From Octopus sinensis (Eukaryota), in contig NC_043021.1 in the NCBI RefSeq assembly GCF_006345805.1, positions 19,034,001-19,098,000 on the forward strand: 64,000 bases of DNA, given 5' to 3'. Shown here piece by piece: positions 25,428-38,406 of the stretch. The notes beneath the pieces are model-generated. The model ran no database searches. It saw nothing but the letters and a program-made list of their open reading frames with translations, and had not been told where the DNA came from. Both the position numbers and the translations under genes were made by a program. Position 1 is the stretch's first letter. Every line of letters starts with the position of its first letter.

Positions 25428-26468
25428 TGAGGTGTGTTCAGAAAGTATCCAACTTTATTTTTTTCTCACCAAAATGAATACCACGTGGGCAAAATCCTTT
25501 GGGTGGAAGGCGATGTCACTCTTCCTTGCATATGTGTGGAACTTTTCGCACCAGTAGACCGTGTCAGTTCCTGTCTGTTATGTTGCACACTTGTCGAATT
25601 TTCGTTTTCGCACAAGACGGCCAACCGCATCAAGCGGAAACCTTACATCAGGTTTTTGCCAAAAGCTTGGTGATCCTCAAATTCAAAGCATCGAGAAGAT
25701 TCTGCAGGCCCTTGGTGAGGATTCCATTTGCGAAACTCAGGTCAAAGGGTGGTACCACTGCTTCAGATGTGGCCACACTGCAGTAGAATGCGAGGCATGC
25801 TCATGCAGGCCATCCACAAACTGAAATGAGGTGCTGATTGAGGTTTGATGAATAGTCGTGAATAGACATCAGAAGCAGATGCCTCATTATACTTTCTGAA
25901 GTATGGCCAACTGAGACAATGAATATTATTTGACCATCTTATTCTTGGCGAACCCCTAGTTCTTGTACAGTCACAGGGTAGAGTCCTTGTACATGTAAAA
26001 ATCCAGGAAATTATTCATGAAGTGAGAATAAGCACAGGATCAGTGCATTTCCATTTTAATGGAGGATTTGTACATGTGGAGAGTATCGGCTGAAAAATAA
26101 GCCGGATACTTTTTGAATGCACCTTGTAATCCAAGCTTATCTGGTCAGGAACAACGTCCCACTTATTTGACAGGTTTCTTACTTTCCTGACTTGGCACCA
26201 TGTGACTTCTGGCTCCTCTCCAAACTGAAAGCCACACTGAAAGGGAAACGATTTGAATTGTGAGAAGAAATTATGAGAAAAGTGATGGTAGAACTCCATA
26301 GCTTTCCAGAGATGGCCTTCCAGAGGTATTACCAGCCGTGGAAGAATCATTGGGAGAAGTATGTGAACTCCCAAAGGGGAGTATTTTGAAAGTTATTGAA
26401 TAAAATTTGGGAAATGTACAAAATTGTTTTTTAACCCCAAAGCTTGGATTCTTTTTGAAGGCATCTTG
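25428..26468 (+). mobile_element. Degenerate mariner element, TA-flanked, with imperfect TIRs
   Basis: TA|TGAGGTGTGTTCAGAAAGTATCC..GGATTCTTTTTGAAGGCATCTTG|TA; FCQKLGD..QVKGWYHCFRCGH..RPST and YFPDLAPCDFWLLSKLK..KGKRF. Confidence 0.85.
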
Positions 26469-26934
26469 TATATACGTATGTGTGTGTGTGTATATATATA
26501 TATACTATATATGTATAAGTGCGTGGGTATATATATATGTGTGTGTGTGTATATATAGACAGGCTCGTATACAGATATATACACACACATATGAACACAC
26601 AAGCATCAATACATGTGCGTGTGTGTGTATATATATATAATACCCACATATGTATAAATACATATACTAAATGTATAATATATACCATATAATTATATGT
26701 ATATTATTTAATATATCCATCATTTATATGATATGTACTTTATACATGCATATATATATTTCTTATGTGTACATCCTATTTATACATATATATATGTGTA
26801 TGCTATATATTATATATATATACTTATATTTGATAAATAGTGTATGATATATACACATGTATGTGTGTGTATAAATTGATATATAATATATATATGCATA
26901 TATATATATATATATATAGTAAATATGTTTTATG

Positions 26935-26980
<46 letters not shown>

Positions 26981-28244
26981 TATACATACATGCATATACA
27001 TACATATACATAATCTTGTGGTTGACATCAAAGAGATATGTTTACGAACGTATTCATTTTTCTCTCCATTTTTTTTTGGTCCGACACTAAAAAAAAAACA
27101 ACAAAATAATTAAATAAAAATAATAAAAAACCTGTAAAGTATTAAGGAAAACAAAACAAAAAAAAATATTAGTTTTCTAATTCTTGTGAAATTATGGTCG
27201 GCAGCAATGTTTGGTAAGTTGGCACCAGAGTGAGAAGGGTTTTCTGCAGAAGCCACCTGGAGAAGACGAAGAATGCTAACAGTTTGTTCCTGGCCGGCTG
27301 TTTAGAATAACATTTAAAAGAAAAAACTGAAAGGAAAAAAAGAAAGAAGATTGCAGAAGAAAACAATATTGATGATGAGGAGGAAGAAGAAGGAAAAGAT
27401 TGTTATTGTTTTTAATTTTTTTAAAATTTCTTTTACTACCCACAAGGGGCTAAACACAGAGGGGACAAACAAGGACAGACAAATGGATTAAGTCGATTAC
27501 ATTGACCCCAGTGCGTAACTAGTACTTATTTAATCAACCCCGAAAGGATGAAAGGCAAAGTCGACCTCGGCAGAATTTGAACTCAGAACGTAGCAACAGA
27601 CGAAACACTGCTGAGTATTTCGCCCAGGGTGCTAACGATTCTGCCAGCTTGCCGCCGTAATTTGTATTGTTTTTAATTTTGGCACCCAAGACTTGCAATT
27701 TTAAGGGGACAAGGGTTGATCGATTACATCGGTCCCTGTGTTTAGCTTTATCAACCTTGAAAGGATGAAAAGGCCAAGTCAACCTCAGCAGTATTTTACC
27801 TTTGAATGTAAAAAGCTGAAAGAAATGCCACTAAGGATTTTGTCTGAGACGCTAAGAATTCTGCTACTGCTGTACCTTAAAACTGTTTCTTATTCAGGCC
27901 CAAGGCCAGCAATTCTGAGAAGCAGATTTAGTCAGTTACATTGACCCCCACCACCACCACAACTTGACTGGTACTTTACCCTGTTGGGAAGGAAGGTACA
28001 AGGACTCTACCCTATGTCTGGCAGAACTAGGGGTTCACCAAGAATAAGATGGTCAAATAATATTCATAGTCTCAGTTGGTCATACTTGGACATCCAGTAT
28101 GACCTTCAGAAAGGTCGAAAGGCAAAGTTGATCTCGGGGATTTGACCTGAGAACATAAAGAGCTAGAAGAACTGACCTTAAGTATTTCGTCCGATGCGGC
28201 AGTGATTCTGCCTTAGGGGTTAATTATAACGTGATGAAAGAAAA

Positions 28245-29921
28245 ATCCATTGATCCCACCCTCCATCTCCTCAGCCCATTGTTCCTGGAATGGCTGTCAG
28301 GGTAGAGTCCTCAGCCACTTCTTCCATAGGGTTCCATTAGAAATAGCCATTGTTAGATTTTCTTGGTTTTCTCTTAGGTCTCCTTACAGTCATGGGGGTT
28401 GAGTCCTCAGGCATTTCCTCAATAGATCTTCATCAGAAGCAGATGTCTCATTACACTTTCTGTTTGGTTTTTGAAGTTTGACCAACTGAGATTATGAATA
28501 TCATTTGACCATATTATTCTTGGTAACCCCTAGTTCTGCCAGTCATAGGGTAGGGTCCTTGTACCTTCCTTCCCAACAGGGTCCTATCAGGAGCAACCAT
28601 CATTGCACTTTCCAGCTAGATGTCCAAGTTTGACCAACTGAGACTATGAATATTATTTGACCATATCATTCTTGGTGAACCCCTAGTTCTGCCAGTCATA
28701 GGGTAGGGTCCTTGTACCTTCCTTCCCAACAGGGTCCTATCAGGAGCAACCACCATTGCACTTTCCAGCTGGATATCCAAGTATGACCAACTGAAGACTG
28801 CAAATATTATCCAATTATCTCATTCTTGATCTACCCTCAAGTCTCCTCTCATTCATAGGATAGAATCCTCAGGCACCTCCTTCATAAGGCCCTATCAAAA
28901 GCAGCTCTCATTAGACTCTCTGGTTGAATTCCCAACTAAGACTATGGATATTATGCACCCATCCCATTCTTGGTTTACTCCTAAGTCTCCTATCAGCCAT
29001 GGGAGTAAAGTCCTCAAGCATCTCCTCAATAGATTCCCATCAGATTCAACTGTCTCATTACACTTTGTGACTGGATTCCCATTCTTATTTCTTTACTACC
29101 CATAAGAGGCTAAACAGAGAGGGGACAAACAAGGACAGGCAGAGTGATTAAGTCGGTTACATTGACCCCAGTGCGTAACTGGTACTTAATTTATCGACCC
29201 CGTAAGGATGAAAGGCAAAGTCAACTGCGGCGGAATTTGAACTCGGTACGTAATGGCACATGAAAGACGAAATACCTATTTCTTTACTACCCACAAGGGG
29301 CTAAACACAGAGAGGGCAAACAAGGACAGACAAATGGATTAAGTCAATTGTATCGACCCCGAAAGAATGAAATGCAAAGTTGAACTCGGAACATAACGGC
29401 AGACGAAATACCGCTACACACTTCGCCCGGTGTGCTAACGTTTCTGCCAGCTCGCCACCTTAATATATTTATTTCTTTACTACCCACAAGGGGCTAAACA
29501 TAGAGGGGACAAACAAGGACACACAAAGGGATTAAGTCAATTACATCGACCCTGAAAGGATGAAAGGCAAAGTCGACCCCGGTGGAATTTGAACTCAGAA
29601 CATAGAAGAAATACCGCTAAGCATTTCGTTATACCGAAATACCGCTAAGCATAACGTTTCTGCCAGCTCACCGCCTTCCCAACCATTTCATTCTTGGTCA
29701 ACCCCTTATCCTTCTGCTAGCAGTAGGGTATAGTCCACGTGTACCTTCCTTCCCCACTGAGTCCTATCAGAAGCAACCACCAATTGCACTCTCTAACTGG
29801 ATTCCCAAAAATGACCAATTGAAACTATGAATATTGTCCAGTGTCCCATTCTTGGTCCACTCCTGGGTCACCTGCATGTTGGTATGGCTTAAAGAATCCA
29901 TCTTGTGATTCTTTCCTGCAC
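28245..29921 (-). mobile_element. RTE-type LINE 3' end with tandem 152-153-bp units, interrupted by a SINE array
   Basis: GACCAACTGA recurs at 28480, 28632, 28785; same constant end (AAAGAATCC..GTGATTCTTTCCT) as 2262-2290; inverted unit at 27981-28096. Confidence 0.75.
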
Positions 29922-30106
29922 CATTCTAATCACTTGTCCATATTACAAGAACTGTGACTAAAATATATATATAATATATATATTGGTAAAAACGGTAAGA
30001 TAACAAAAGAAAGAAAGAGACCTCAATATTATGTAAATAGAGGAAATTTATCTATAAAATAATATGTTACAATTACTCAATAGTCAAGATAAAACTTTTT
30101 TTCAGA

Positions 30107-30180
30107 TAGCCAGATAACCGAAGAGATGGTGTTGTGGATTTCCACTTCGGCATCTGAAACTCAGAGTTTTATCTTGGCTA
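30107..30180 (+). ncRNA. Type-I hammerhead-like motif with variant core CCGAAGA (family C)
   Basis: UAGCCAGAUAA-CCGAAGA-GAUG..GUGG(AUUU)CCAC..CAUC-U-GAAA-CUC(A)GAG-UU-UUAUCUUGGCUA. Confidence 0.6.
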
Positions 30181-30199
30181 CCGAATAATTGTCACATAT

Positions 30200-30234
<35 letters not shown>

Positions 30235-30237
<3 letters not shown>

Positions 30238-31359
30238 GGTGTTCATAAAGTCTCTTTACAATTTAAAAATTCTATTACAAAGGCAGTTGACAAGATATCT
30301 TAACCAGATTTGTTTTATTGTAATAATTGTTTATTAAAGTTTTTTAACTGTTATTTAATAGACCTCAATATGGGCACCATTAGTTGCGTGAAGCACATCA
30401 AGATGGTACTCGATTTCTTGCCATGTTCGCTGTAGGATAGCCTCATCAATGGTGGCAATGGCATTACGAATCCTTTGCTTCAAGTCAGCAATGTCCCATA
30501 TCTTTGTTTGGTACACGATATCTTTTACATAACCCCATAAAAAGAAGTCCAAGGGAGTGATATCTGGCGAACGCGGTGGCCATGGAATTGGCCCATCCCT
30601 TCCAATCCATCGGTCTGGAAATGTTTGATTGAGGAACTGACGAACATGCCGTCCCCAATGTGGTGGTGCACCATCTTGCTGGAAAATGATGGTTGGTTGT
30701 AAATCAATCAATTGTGGTGCCACATATTCGGTCAGAAGGTCGAGGTAAACATCTGCAGTAATTGTTGCCTCGTTAAAGAAAAATGGACCAATTATTCGAT
30801 TGTGCATGATTCCACACCACACATTCATATTTGGACTATCCAGTTGAAGTACCCTAGTCACATAGGGGTGTTCTGATCCCCAGATTCTCACATTGTGTTT
30901 GTTTAACCCTTTAGTGTTCGCATTATTCTGCCAAAATTAATCCTTTTTTATCCACATTGCCTTGAACTAATCAGGCATTATCTTGTAGCTTTGAGATTTT
31001 GATGAAGTAACTTAATTTTTAAAGCGATATTGTAGGGTTGGTGTGAGAGACCAGATCTGGCCAGTTTGAACATAAAACAGGCTGAATACTTTTGGCCGGT
31101 TTAAATGCTAAAGGGTTAACTTCCCTGAAACATGAAAAGTTGCCTCGTCATTAAAACAAACTCGCTTGAGGAATGCTTCATCCTCATTTTATAGGGGTTC
31201 AGTGAATCAGTTTCCTTCCAGAGTATGTGAAACTCAAAAATTTAATATCAATTAAAACTTTAATAAACAATTATTAAAATAAAACAAATCTGGTTAAAAT
31301 ATCTCATCAACTGCCTTTGTAATAATTTTTTTAAATTGTAAAGAGACTTTATGGACACC

Positions 31360-31361
<2 letters not shown>
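30235..31361 (-). mobile_element. Tc1/mariner DD41D (rosa/Visitor-type) element, internally deleted, ~115-bp TIRs, in (TA)n
   Basis: TIRs CAGGGTGTTCATAAAGTCTCTTTACAATTT / AAATTGTAAAGAGACTTTATGGACACCCTG; FNDEATF..QQDGAPPH..SPDITPLDFFLWG; 41 residues counted between D2 and D3. Confidence 0.9.
30907..31115. mobile_element. piggyBac-like MITE with TTAA TSD inside the DD41D transposase
   Basis: TTAA|CCCTTTAG..CTAAAGGG|TTAA; removing it restores HVSGKLNKHNVRIWG. Confidence 0.9.
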
Positions 31362-31398
<37 letters not shown>

Positions 31399-31561
31399 CG
31401 TAGGCATGACTGTGGTAAAAAAAACTTGCTTCCCAACCACATGGTTCCGGGTTCAGTCCCACTGCATGGCATCTTGAGCAAGTGTCTTCTACTATAGCAT
31501 CAGGCCAACCAAAACCTTGTGAGTGAATTCAGCAGACGGAAACTGAAAGAAGCCCATCATG

Positions 31562-31592
<31 letters not shown>

Positions 31593-33276
31593 ATGTATAT
31601 ATATATGCATTTATGTGTTTGTGTTCCCCCCCAACCTGCCGCCATTGCTTGACATCCATTTATGGTATGTTTATGTCCCTGTGATTTTGCAGCTCAGCCA
31701 AAGTGACCGATAAAATAAGTAGCAGGCATACAAAGAATATGTCCTGCAGTTGATTTCTTTGACTAAAACCCTTTAAGGTGGTGCTCCAGCATGGCCACTT
31801 CCAAATGCCTGAAACAAGTAAAAGAAAATCCACAACAGAAGCCGTATTAAGACTGAATGGTGATGTTTATCCACCCCACCGCCCCATGGATGTAGATGTT
31901 CTGTTAGAACGAATCAACACTAGTTGCCAAGCAGTGATGGGAAACAAACACACACATCGATGCCAATGTCCAATATTTTAAACCCGGGTTTGTCCCCATT
32001 AACAGGGGTGGCCAGATCTACCTCACTCTTACAGCAACTGCTCTCACACCATTCCGCCCGGTTTGGGGTGTCCTCCCTCCTCAAGACAACCCTCCCAATC
32101 TCCTTCTCCGCAATTTCGCGGTTCATTTACTTAAAACTCAAGCACTCTCCTCAGAACATGATCCTCATCCTTCTTCCTCAGAACATACTATACTGTGGTA
32201 GATACCTATTTCTTTACTACCCACAAGGGACTAAACACAGAGGGAACAAACAAGGACAGACAAACAGATTAAGTCGATTACATTGACCCCAGTGCATAGC
32301 TGGTACTTAATTTATCTACCCAGAAAGGATGAAAGGCAAAGTCGACCTCGGCAGAATTTGATCTCACAACGTAGCGGCAGACAAAATACCTATTTCTTTA
32401 CTACCCACAAGGAGCTAAACACAGAGGGAACAAACAAGGACAGACAAACGGATTAAGTCGATTAGATCGACTCCAGTACGTAGCTGGTACTTAATTTATC
32501 GACCCTGAAAGGATGAAAGGCAAAGTCGACCTCGGCAGAATTTGAACTCAGAATGTAATGGCAGACGAAATACCGCTAAGTATTTCGCATGGCGTGCTTA
32601 CATTTCTGCCAGCTCGCTTGCCTATCTACTGTGGTAGATACCATGGGAAAAACACTCCTATTGGCTTTTGTCCATAGTACCAGAGCAGTAATTCTCAACG
32701 TGGAAAAAGAGAAGCTTGTCCTGGAGACTCTGATCCCTGAGATATTCACTGTCAAGTAACCTTATAATCCAGAGATCCTTCCTTTCTAAAATTTTGCATT
32801 ATAAATAGAAACTAAATCATAGGCATAGGAGTGGCTGTGTGGTAAGTAGCTTGCTTACCAACCACATGGTTCCGGGTTCAGTCCCACTGCATGGCACCTT
32901 GGGCAAGTGTCTTCTGCTATAGCCCCGGGCCGACCAAAGCCTTGTCGGTGGATTTGGTAGATGGAAACTGAAAGAAGCCTGTCGTATATATGTATATGTA
33001 TGCATGTGTGTGTATATGTCTGTGTTTGTCCCCCCAACATCGCTTGACAACCGATGCTGGTGTGTTTACGTCCCCCGTCACTTAGTGGTTCGGCAAAAGT
33101 GACTGATAGAATAAATACTAGGCTTACAAAGAATAAGTCCTGGGGTCGATTTGCTCGATTACAGGCGGTGCTCCAGCATGGCCACAGTCATATGACTGAA
33201 ACAAGTAAAAGAGTAAAAAAAAAGAGTTTCTCTGCGGAAGTGTGCTCTAGTTATCCTGTAGTCTAACAAGAGCCAC

Positions 33277-33513
33277 GGCACATGGCGTGGTGGTTAAGAG
33301 CATGGGCTACTAACCCCAAGATTCCAAGTTCGATTCCAGGCAGTGACCCGAATAATAATAATAATAATAGGATCAAAAAATACCTTAGGGATGAGGACCC
33401 AGGTTCGAAATTTCCCCAAGACACCAGATGAAGGTTAGAGTGTATATCAGCCGAAACGTTGTGTTAACAACAAACAAGATGAGGACAAATATCCGTCAAA
33501 TGTAAATAGTGTA
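33277..33513 (+). mobile_element. tRNA-headed hammerhead SINE (family A, copy 3; core mutated)
   Basis: Same head, (AAT)n linker and tail; GACAC-CAGAUGA (U4A)..CAGCC-GAAA-CG-UU-GUGUU at 33420-33465. Confidence 0.85.
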
Positions 33514-33956
33514 AAAAGCCTCAATACCCACAAATATATATAAAATTGAATTAAGAACAGCTAAGAAACAATACCTCTACCTTTTTACCCTCCACCCCTC
33601 CACAAACATGTATGTATGTATATACTAGCAATTTCTTAGTTACAACGATGACAGTTCCAAGTGATTCGATCAACAGAACAGCCTGCTCGTGAAATTAACA
33701 TACAAGTGGCTGAGCACTCCACAGACATGCGTACCCTTAACGTAGCTCTCAGGGAGATTCATCCAGACACAGAATGTGGCAAGGCTGGGCAACTCGTTTT
33801 TGTCAGCTGCATGGACTGGAGCAACATAAAATAAAGTGTCTTGTTCAAGGATACAAGTCACCAGGAATTGAACTCACAACTTTGCAATCATGAGCCAAAT
33901 AGCCTAACTACTAAGTCACACACAGTCACTAATCCATATGTGTATGTGTGTGTATG

Positions 33957-33991
<35 letters not shown>

Positions 33992-33995
<4 letters not shown>

Positions 33996-34600
33996 GTCCT
34001 TGAATGTTTTCATCAGAGATGTCTCAGACACATTCTCAATGTTGGCTGGACCTCAAAAAAAAAAAAATTCCAGACACACAGATCCTGAGGACAGCTGATA
34101 TCTTGGGCATTGAGGCGATGGTACACAAGCACCGTTGCGTTGGACTGGACATCTTATTAGAATGGAGGATAGGATTCCTAAGCAGATGCTCTATAGAGAA
34201 CTTGTGAATGGAAGGAGACTCTGGCAGAAACCAAGGCTGCGATTTAAAGACTGTGTCAAGTCCTCGTCAAAGGCCTGAGATATGCAGGACACTGACTGGG
34301 TGAACAATGCCTGTCATCGCCACAGATGGAGGAAGCAGGTTAAGGAGGGGATCGACACTTTTGAGAGAGCACGTATCCAGCGTGAAGAACTTAGGCAAAC
34401 TGCGCGAAAGCGCACGGCTCATATAGTGAATGGGGAAAGCTTGGTCTGCAATGTTTGCAGTCGTGTATGCTTGTCAAGAGCAGGGCTCATTAGCCACCAA
34501 CAGAGCCACAAATGCAAAATATAAGTTAGTCCTAGAGCGCACAATGTTCCTGAAGGTCGGCAATGGTCTTCCTCGGTCACGAGTGGACGGTCATCATCAT
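33992..34600 (+). mobile_element. RTE (BovB-like) LINE 3' end with C-terminal C2H2 finger
   Basis: LECFHQRCLRHIL..RWTGHLIRMEDRIPKQMLYREL..CNVCSRVCLSRAGLISHQQSH*, frameshifted; (CAT)n tail. Confidence 0.9.
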
Positions 34601-34828
34601 ATATATATATAAAATCCTTTCTACTCTAGACACAAGGCCTGAAATATGGGGGAGAAGGTTAGTTGGTTACATCAAACCTAGTGTTCCACCGGTACTTAAT
34701 TTATCAACCCCTAAAGGATGAAAGGCAAAGTCGACCTTGGCGGAATTTGAACTCAGAGTGTAATGACAAACAAAATACCGCTAAGCATTTCACCTGGCAT
34801 GCTAACGATTCTGCCAGCTCACCTATAT

Positions 34829-34897
<69 letters not shown>

Positions 34898-36050
34898 CAT
34901 ACACACGAGTGGTTGGCACTAGGAAGGGCATCCAGCTGTAGAAACACTGCCAGATCAGACTGGAGCCTGGTGCAGCCTTCTGGCTTCCCAGATCCCCGGT
35001 CGAACCGTCCAATCCATGCTAGCATGGAGAACGGACGTTAAATGATGATGATGATTTATATTTATAATAAAAATAAGCAACAAGGATATCCAAGGTAGTG
35101 TAGTTCAATCGTTTCATGCTGTTACCTTGGATAATATCCTTGTTGCTTATTTTGATTATAATCACCCCATTTGATTTATATGGATAATACCATACCAAAT
35201 TTCTGGTGCCTTTAACTTCAGTACCCTATTCCTCTGAATCTAAATTTTGCTGTATTTATATCTATATATATGTAATCATCATCATTTCACGTCCATATTC
35301 CATGCTAGCATAGGTAGGACGGTACCACAATATCCAGCCAGGCTGAAGCCTGTACTAGACTTCTGTGACTATTTTGACAGGATTTTTACAGCTGGATGTT
35401 CTTCCTAACACCAACCACTCAGCAGAATGGACTGAGTGCTTTTTATGTGGCACCAGCACAGACGAGGTCAGTTTTGACATGGTTCTTACAGCTGGATGCC
35501 CTTCTGAACACCAAACACTTAACAGTGTGGACTGCACTGACAGGGCCACCAAGTACTCGCAAGACAAAACCTGTTAAGGAGAGAGCAGTTGTGGTAAGTG
35601 GTTGCTTCCCAACCATATGGTTCCAGGCTCAGTTTTGTACTATAGCCTTGGGCTAACCAAAACCTTGTGAGAGGATGGATTTGGTTAACACAAACTGAAA
35701 GAAGCCTGTCATATATATATATATATTTATATATAAATTCGAAAAAACCACCGTTTATCAATTCAAAATGAACAATTAGAAAATTACATATAATAGAAAT
35801 ATTAAAATAAAAATAATAATAATATACCGATGATTAAGTAAATTGCAAAAAAATAATACGTTTTTATTATTAATAATTTTCTAGATGGTGTAATTTAATT
35901 GTTCATTTTGAATTGATAAAAGGTGTTTTTTTCTAATTTTTATATATATATTATATTTTGTGAAATTTGATTTAGTATTTCTAAATTGAATTTTTCCCTG
36001 TAAGTTAGAAATATTATTCCCTCAAATAATTATATATATATTATATATAT

Positions 36051-36086
<36 letters not shown>

Positions 36087-36129
36087 GGAGAGTATTGAAG
36101 TTCACTTGAAGCATTGTGTATTGTTTGTA

Positions 36130-36435
36130 AAGAATAAAAAGTTTTGAATGATACAACAATGCACTATAATATATATAAAAAAAAGGATTGTATACCTGTT
36201 GTAATTTAGTTATCCATAGTCCGATGATATTTCAGAATACGATTCCTTCTTCAGATATTCTTAGATGGAGTCACTGCTATAATCGGTTAGTAGCGACTCT
36301 ATCTAAGAATATCTGAAGAAGGAATTGTATTCCGAAATATCATCAGAGTATGGATAACTAAATTACAAAAGATATATGGTCCATTTTTTTATATATTATA
36401 GTGCATTGTTGTACCATTCAAAACTTTTTATTCTT
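36130..36435. repeat. 306-bp fold-back, each arm with a hammerhead core (family D)
   Basis: Arms of ~145 bp; + arm CUGAAGA-A-GGAAU(UGU)AUUCC-GAAA-UA-UC at 36313-36341; mirror core at 36248-36254(-). Confidence 0.85.
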
Positions 36436-36438
36436 ATA

Positions 36439-36488
<50 letters not shown>

Positions 36489-37869
36489 TATATAAAGTTA
36501 ATCCAAACAAGAAAACACAAAAAACACAACAACGCGAGGACATGGAACAAATAAAGTATTATTGGACGCTCAGGAAAGAAGGGAAGAAGGAGGGTTTAAC
36601 GTTTCGAGCGGAGCTCTTCGTCGGAAACATACAAGGAAAGATCCCAAGAAGGGAAGACAGAGGAAAAAAAAAAAAAATCGCCAGCGGTACTCACGAGGTC
36701 ACATATATATACATATATATATATCAGGCATGTGCCTTCAGCAATTAGTCATAGTAGGTAGTTGGTGACTTCTATGTAGTAAAACAAAAAAATAAACGAA
36801 ACACAGGCCACAACCGAGTTGTAGGTAGATTGACTTCTTCTTGCCTTTATAGCACGTAAAGTATATGGTGTTGTAAGAGTGTCCGCAGCACATGTACTAC
36901 AGCAGTACTATGCATAGCTTAAATGCTGAGATTGAAAGGCAGGGGCGAATTATGCCTACCTAATCTACCAAAGAATATATTTTGCATTTTGTGCAGAGTA
37001 ATCAGAGTAACCTTCATAATTTTATTGAATTAGGTACATATTTTGCCATAAAAGGAAAACATCACTATCGATCTATTTCATTCAGGGTAGGGGCTCTGCC
37101 TACCTTGCCTACCCAGGCAGCACATCCCTGGTATGTATATATATATATATACATACCAGGGATGTGGGGGAGGAACAAATACAGACACACATAAATATAT
37201 ACATGTCGGGCTTCTTTCAATTTCCGTTTTCCAAATCCACTTACAAGGCTTTGATCGGCCCAAGGCTATAGTAGAACACGCTTGTCCAAGGTTCCACGCA
37301 GTGGGACTGAACCCGGATCCATGTGATTGGGAAGCAAGCTTCTTACTGCACAGCCACGCCTGTCTGTGTGTGTGTGTGTGTGTGTGTTTTATGTTTGTCT
37401 CCCACCACCATTGGTTGACAACCGATGTTAGTTTGTTTACGTTACCGTAACATAGCGCTTCGACCTAAGATCCCAATAGAGTAAGTACCTGGTTTTTAAA
37501 AAAAAATTAGTACTCTGGTTTATTCATCTCACACACGCAAAGAAAAAATTTCAATGATGGAAACAAAATAAAGATGAAAGCCAAAAGAAATAATGTTATT
37601 TAAGAGAGGCACGGCGTAATGATTCTCCCAAGACAACAAGATTTGCTTCAAAACGAAATTCACAGCAAAGAAAAAAAAAGGCAAGGGAGACAATTACGAA
37701 GTCTCAAACTCAGTACTTGAAATTTCGGAGTTGTCTTCTCTTGTCTTACTTGCCCCCTTTAAGAAGATCTAACGCTTCTTTGTCAACCAAAACGATATAA
37801 TTTTAATCGTATGAAGAAGAGTTTGTTTGTTTTTTAACTCATTAAGTTCAGGATGTCAACATCTTCACT

Positions 37870-38280
37870 GGATCTTTTCGTTTTGACCGACAGATTTTTT
37901 AATAATTTCCATGTAACTAAAAAATTTTAAACTGGCAGAATTTTAGAGTTAGGGTTAGTTAGGGTTAGGGTGGGGGTAAGGGTATCGTTTTTTTCTTCAG
38001 AAATGTAAATAAACCCAATCTGTTTCTTAAACGAGGGACATTTTCATATGACACCGCTAGAAAATGTTTACGGCAGCGAATGTTTTCACCTCAATAGACG
38101 TCATTGATTGGTTGAAATTGCCGAAAATATCGTACAAATATCTTAGAAACTACAGAATTTTCTCAAGAAAGCCAAGAGAAAAAGATGTTTTATAAACACA
38201 TTCTACCAGTATACGAAGTTTAAAAGTGTTTAATTACATGGAAATTATTTTTCAAATCTGCCGGTCAAAGCGAAAAGATC
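37870..38280. mobile_element. MITE with GGATC..GATCC termini, ~60-bp TIRs, 8-bp TSD, internal TTAGGG-like run
   Basis: TCTTCACT at 37862-37869 and 38281-38288; partial copies 41973-42351 and 44041-44483. Confidence 0.9.
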
Positions 38281-38406
38281 CTCTTCACTTGCCAATTTGT
38301 TTTTGTTTTCTTGCTGTAGATCTGAGTAATTTCTCATCATTTCCTCACCTCGTCATTTGCAACGACGCTGCTTACATAAGATTATAGCGTTGCAACACAA
38401 AATACA

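Noticed and set aside
28430-28436. CTGATGA(-) in the 150-bp array; also CTGATGA(+) at 50744 and CTGACGA(-) near 53174
   Set aside because: No correctly placed helix II plus GAAA plus helix I.
34010-34016. CTGATGA on the minus strand
   Set aside because: Part of the RTE coding sequence (FHQR); no helix II or GAAA.
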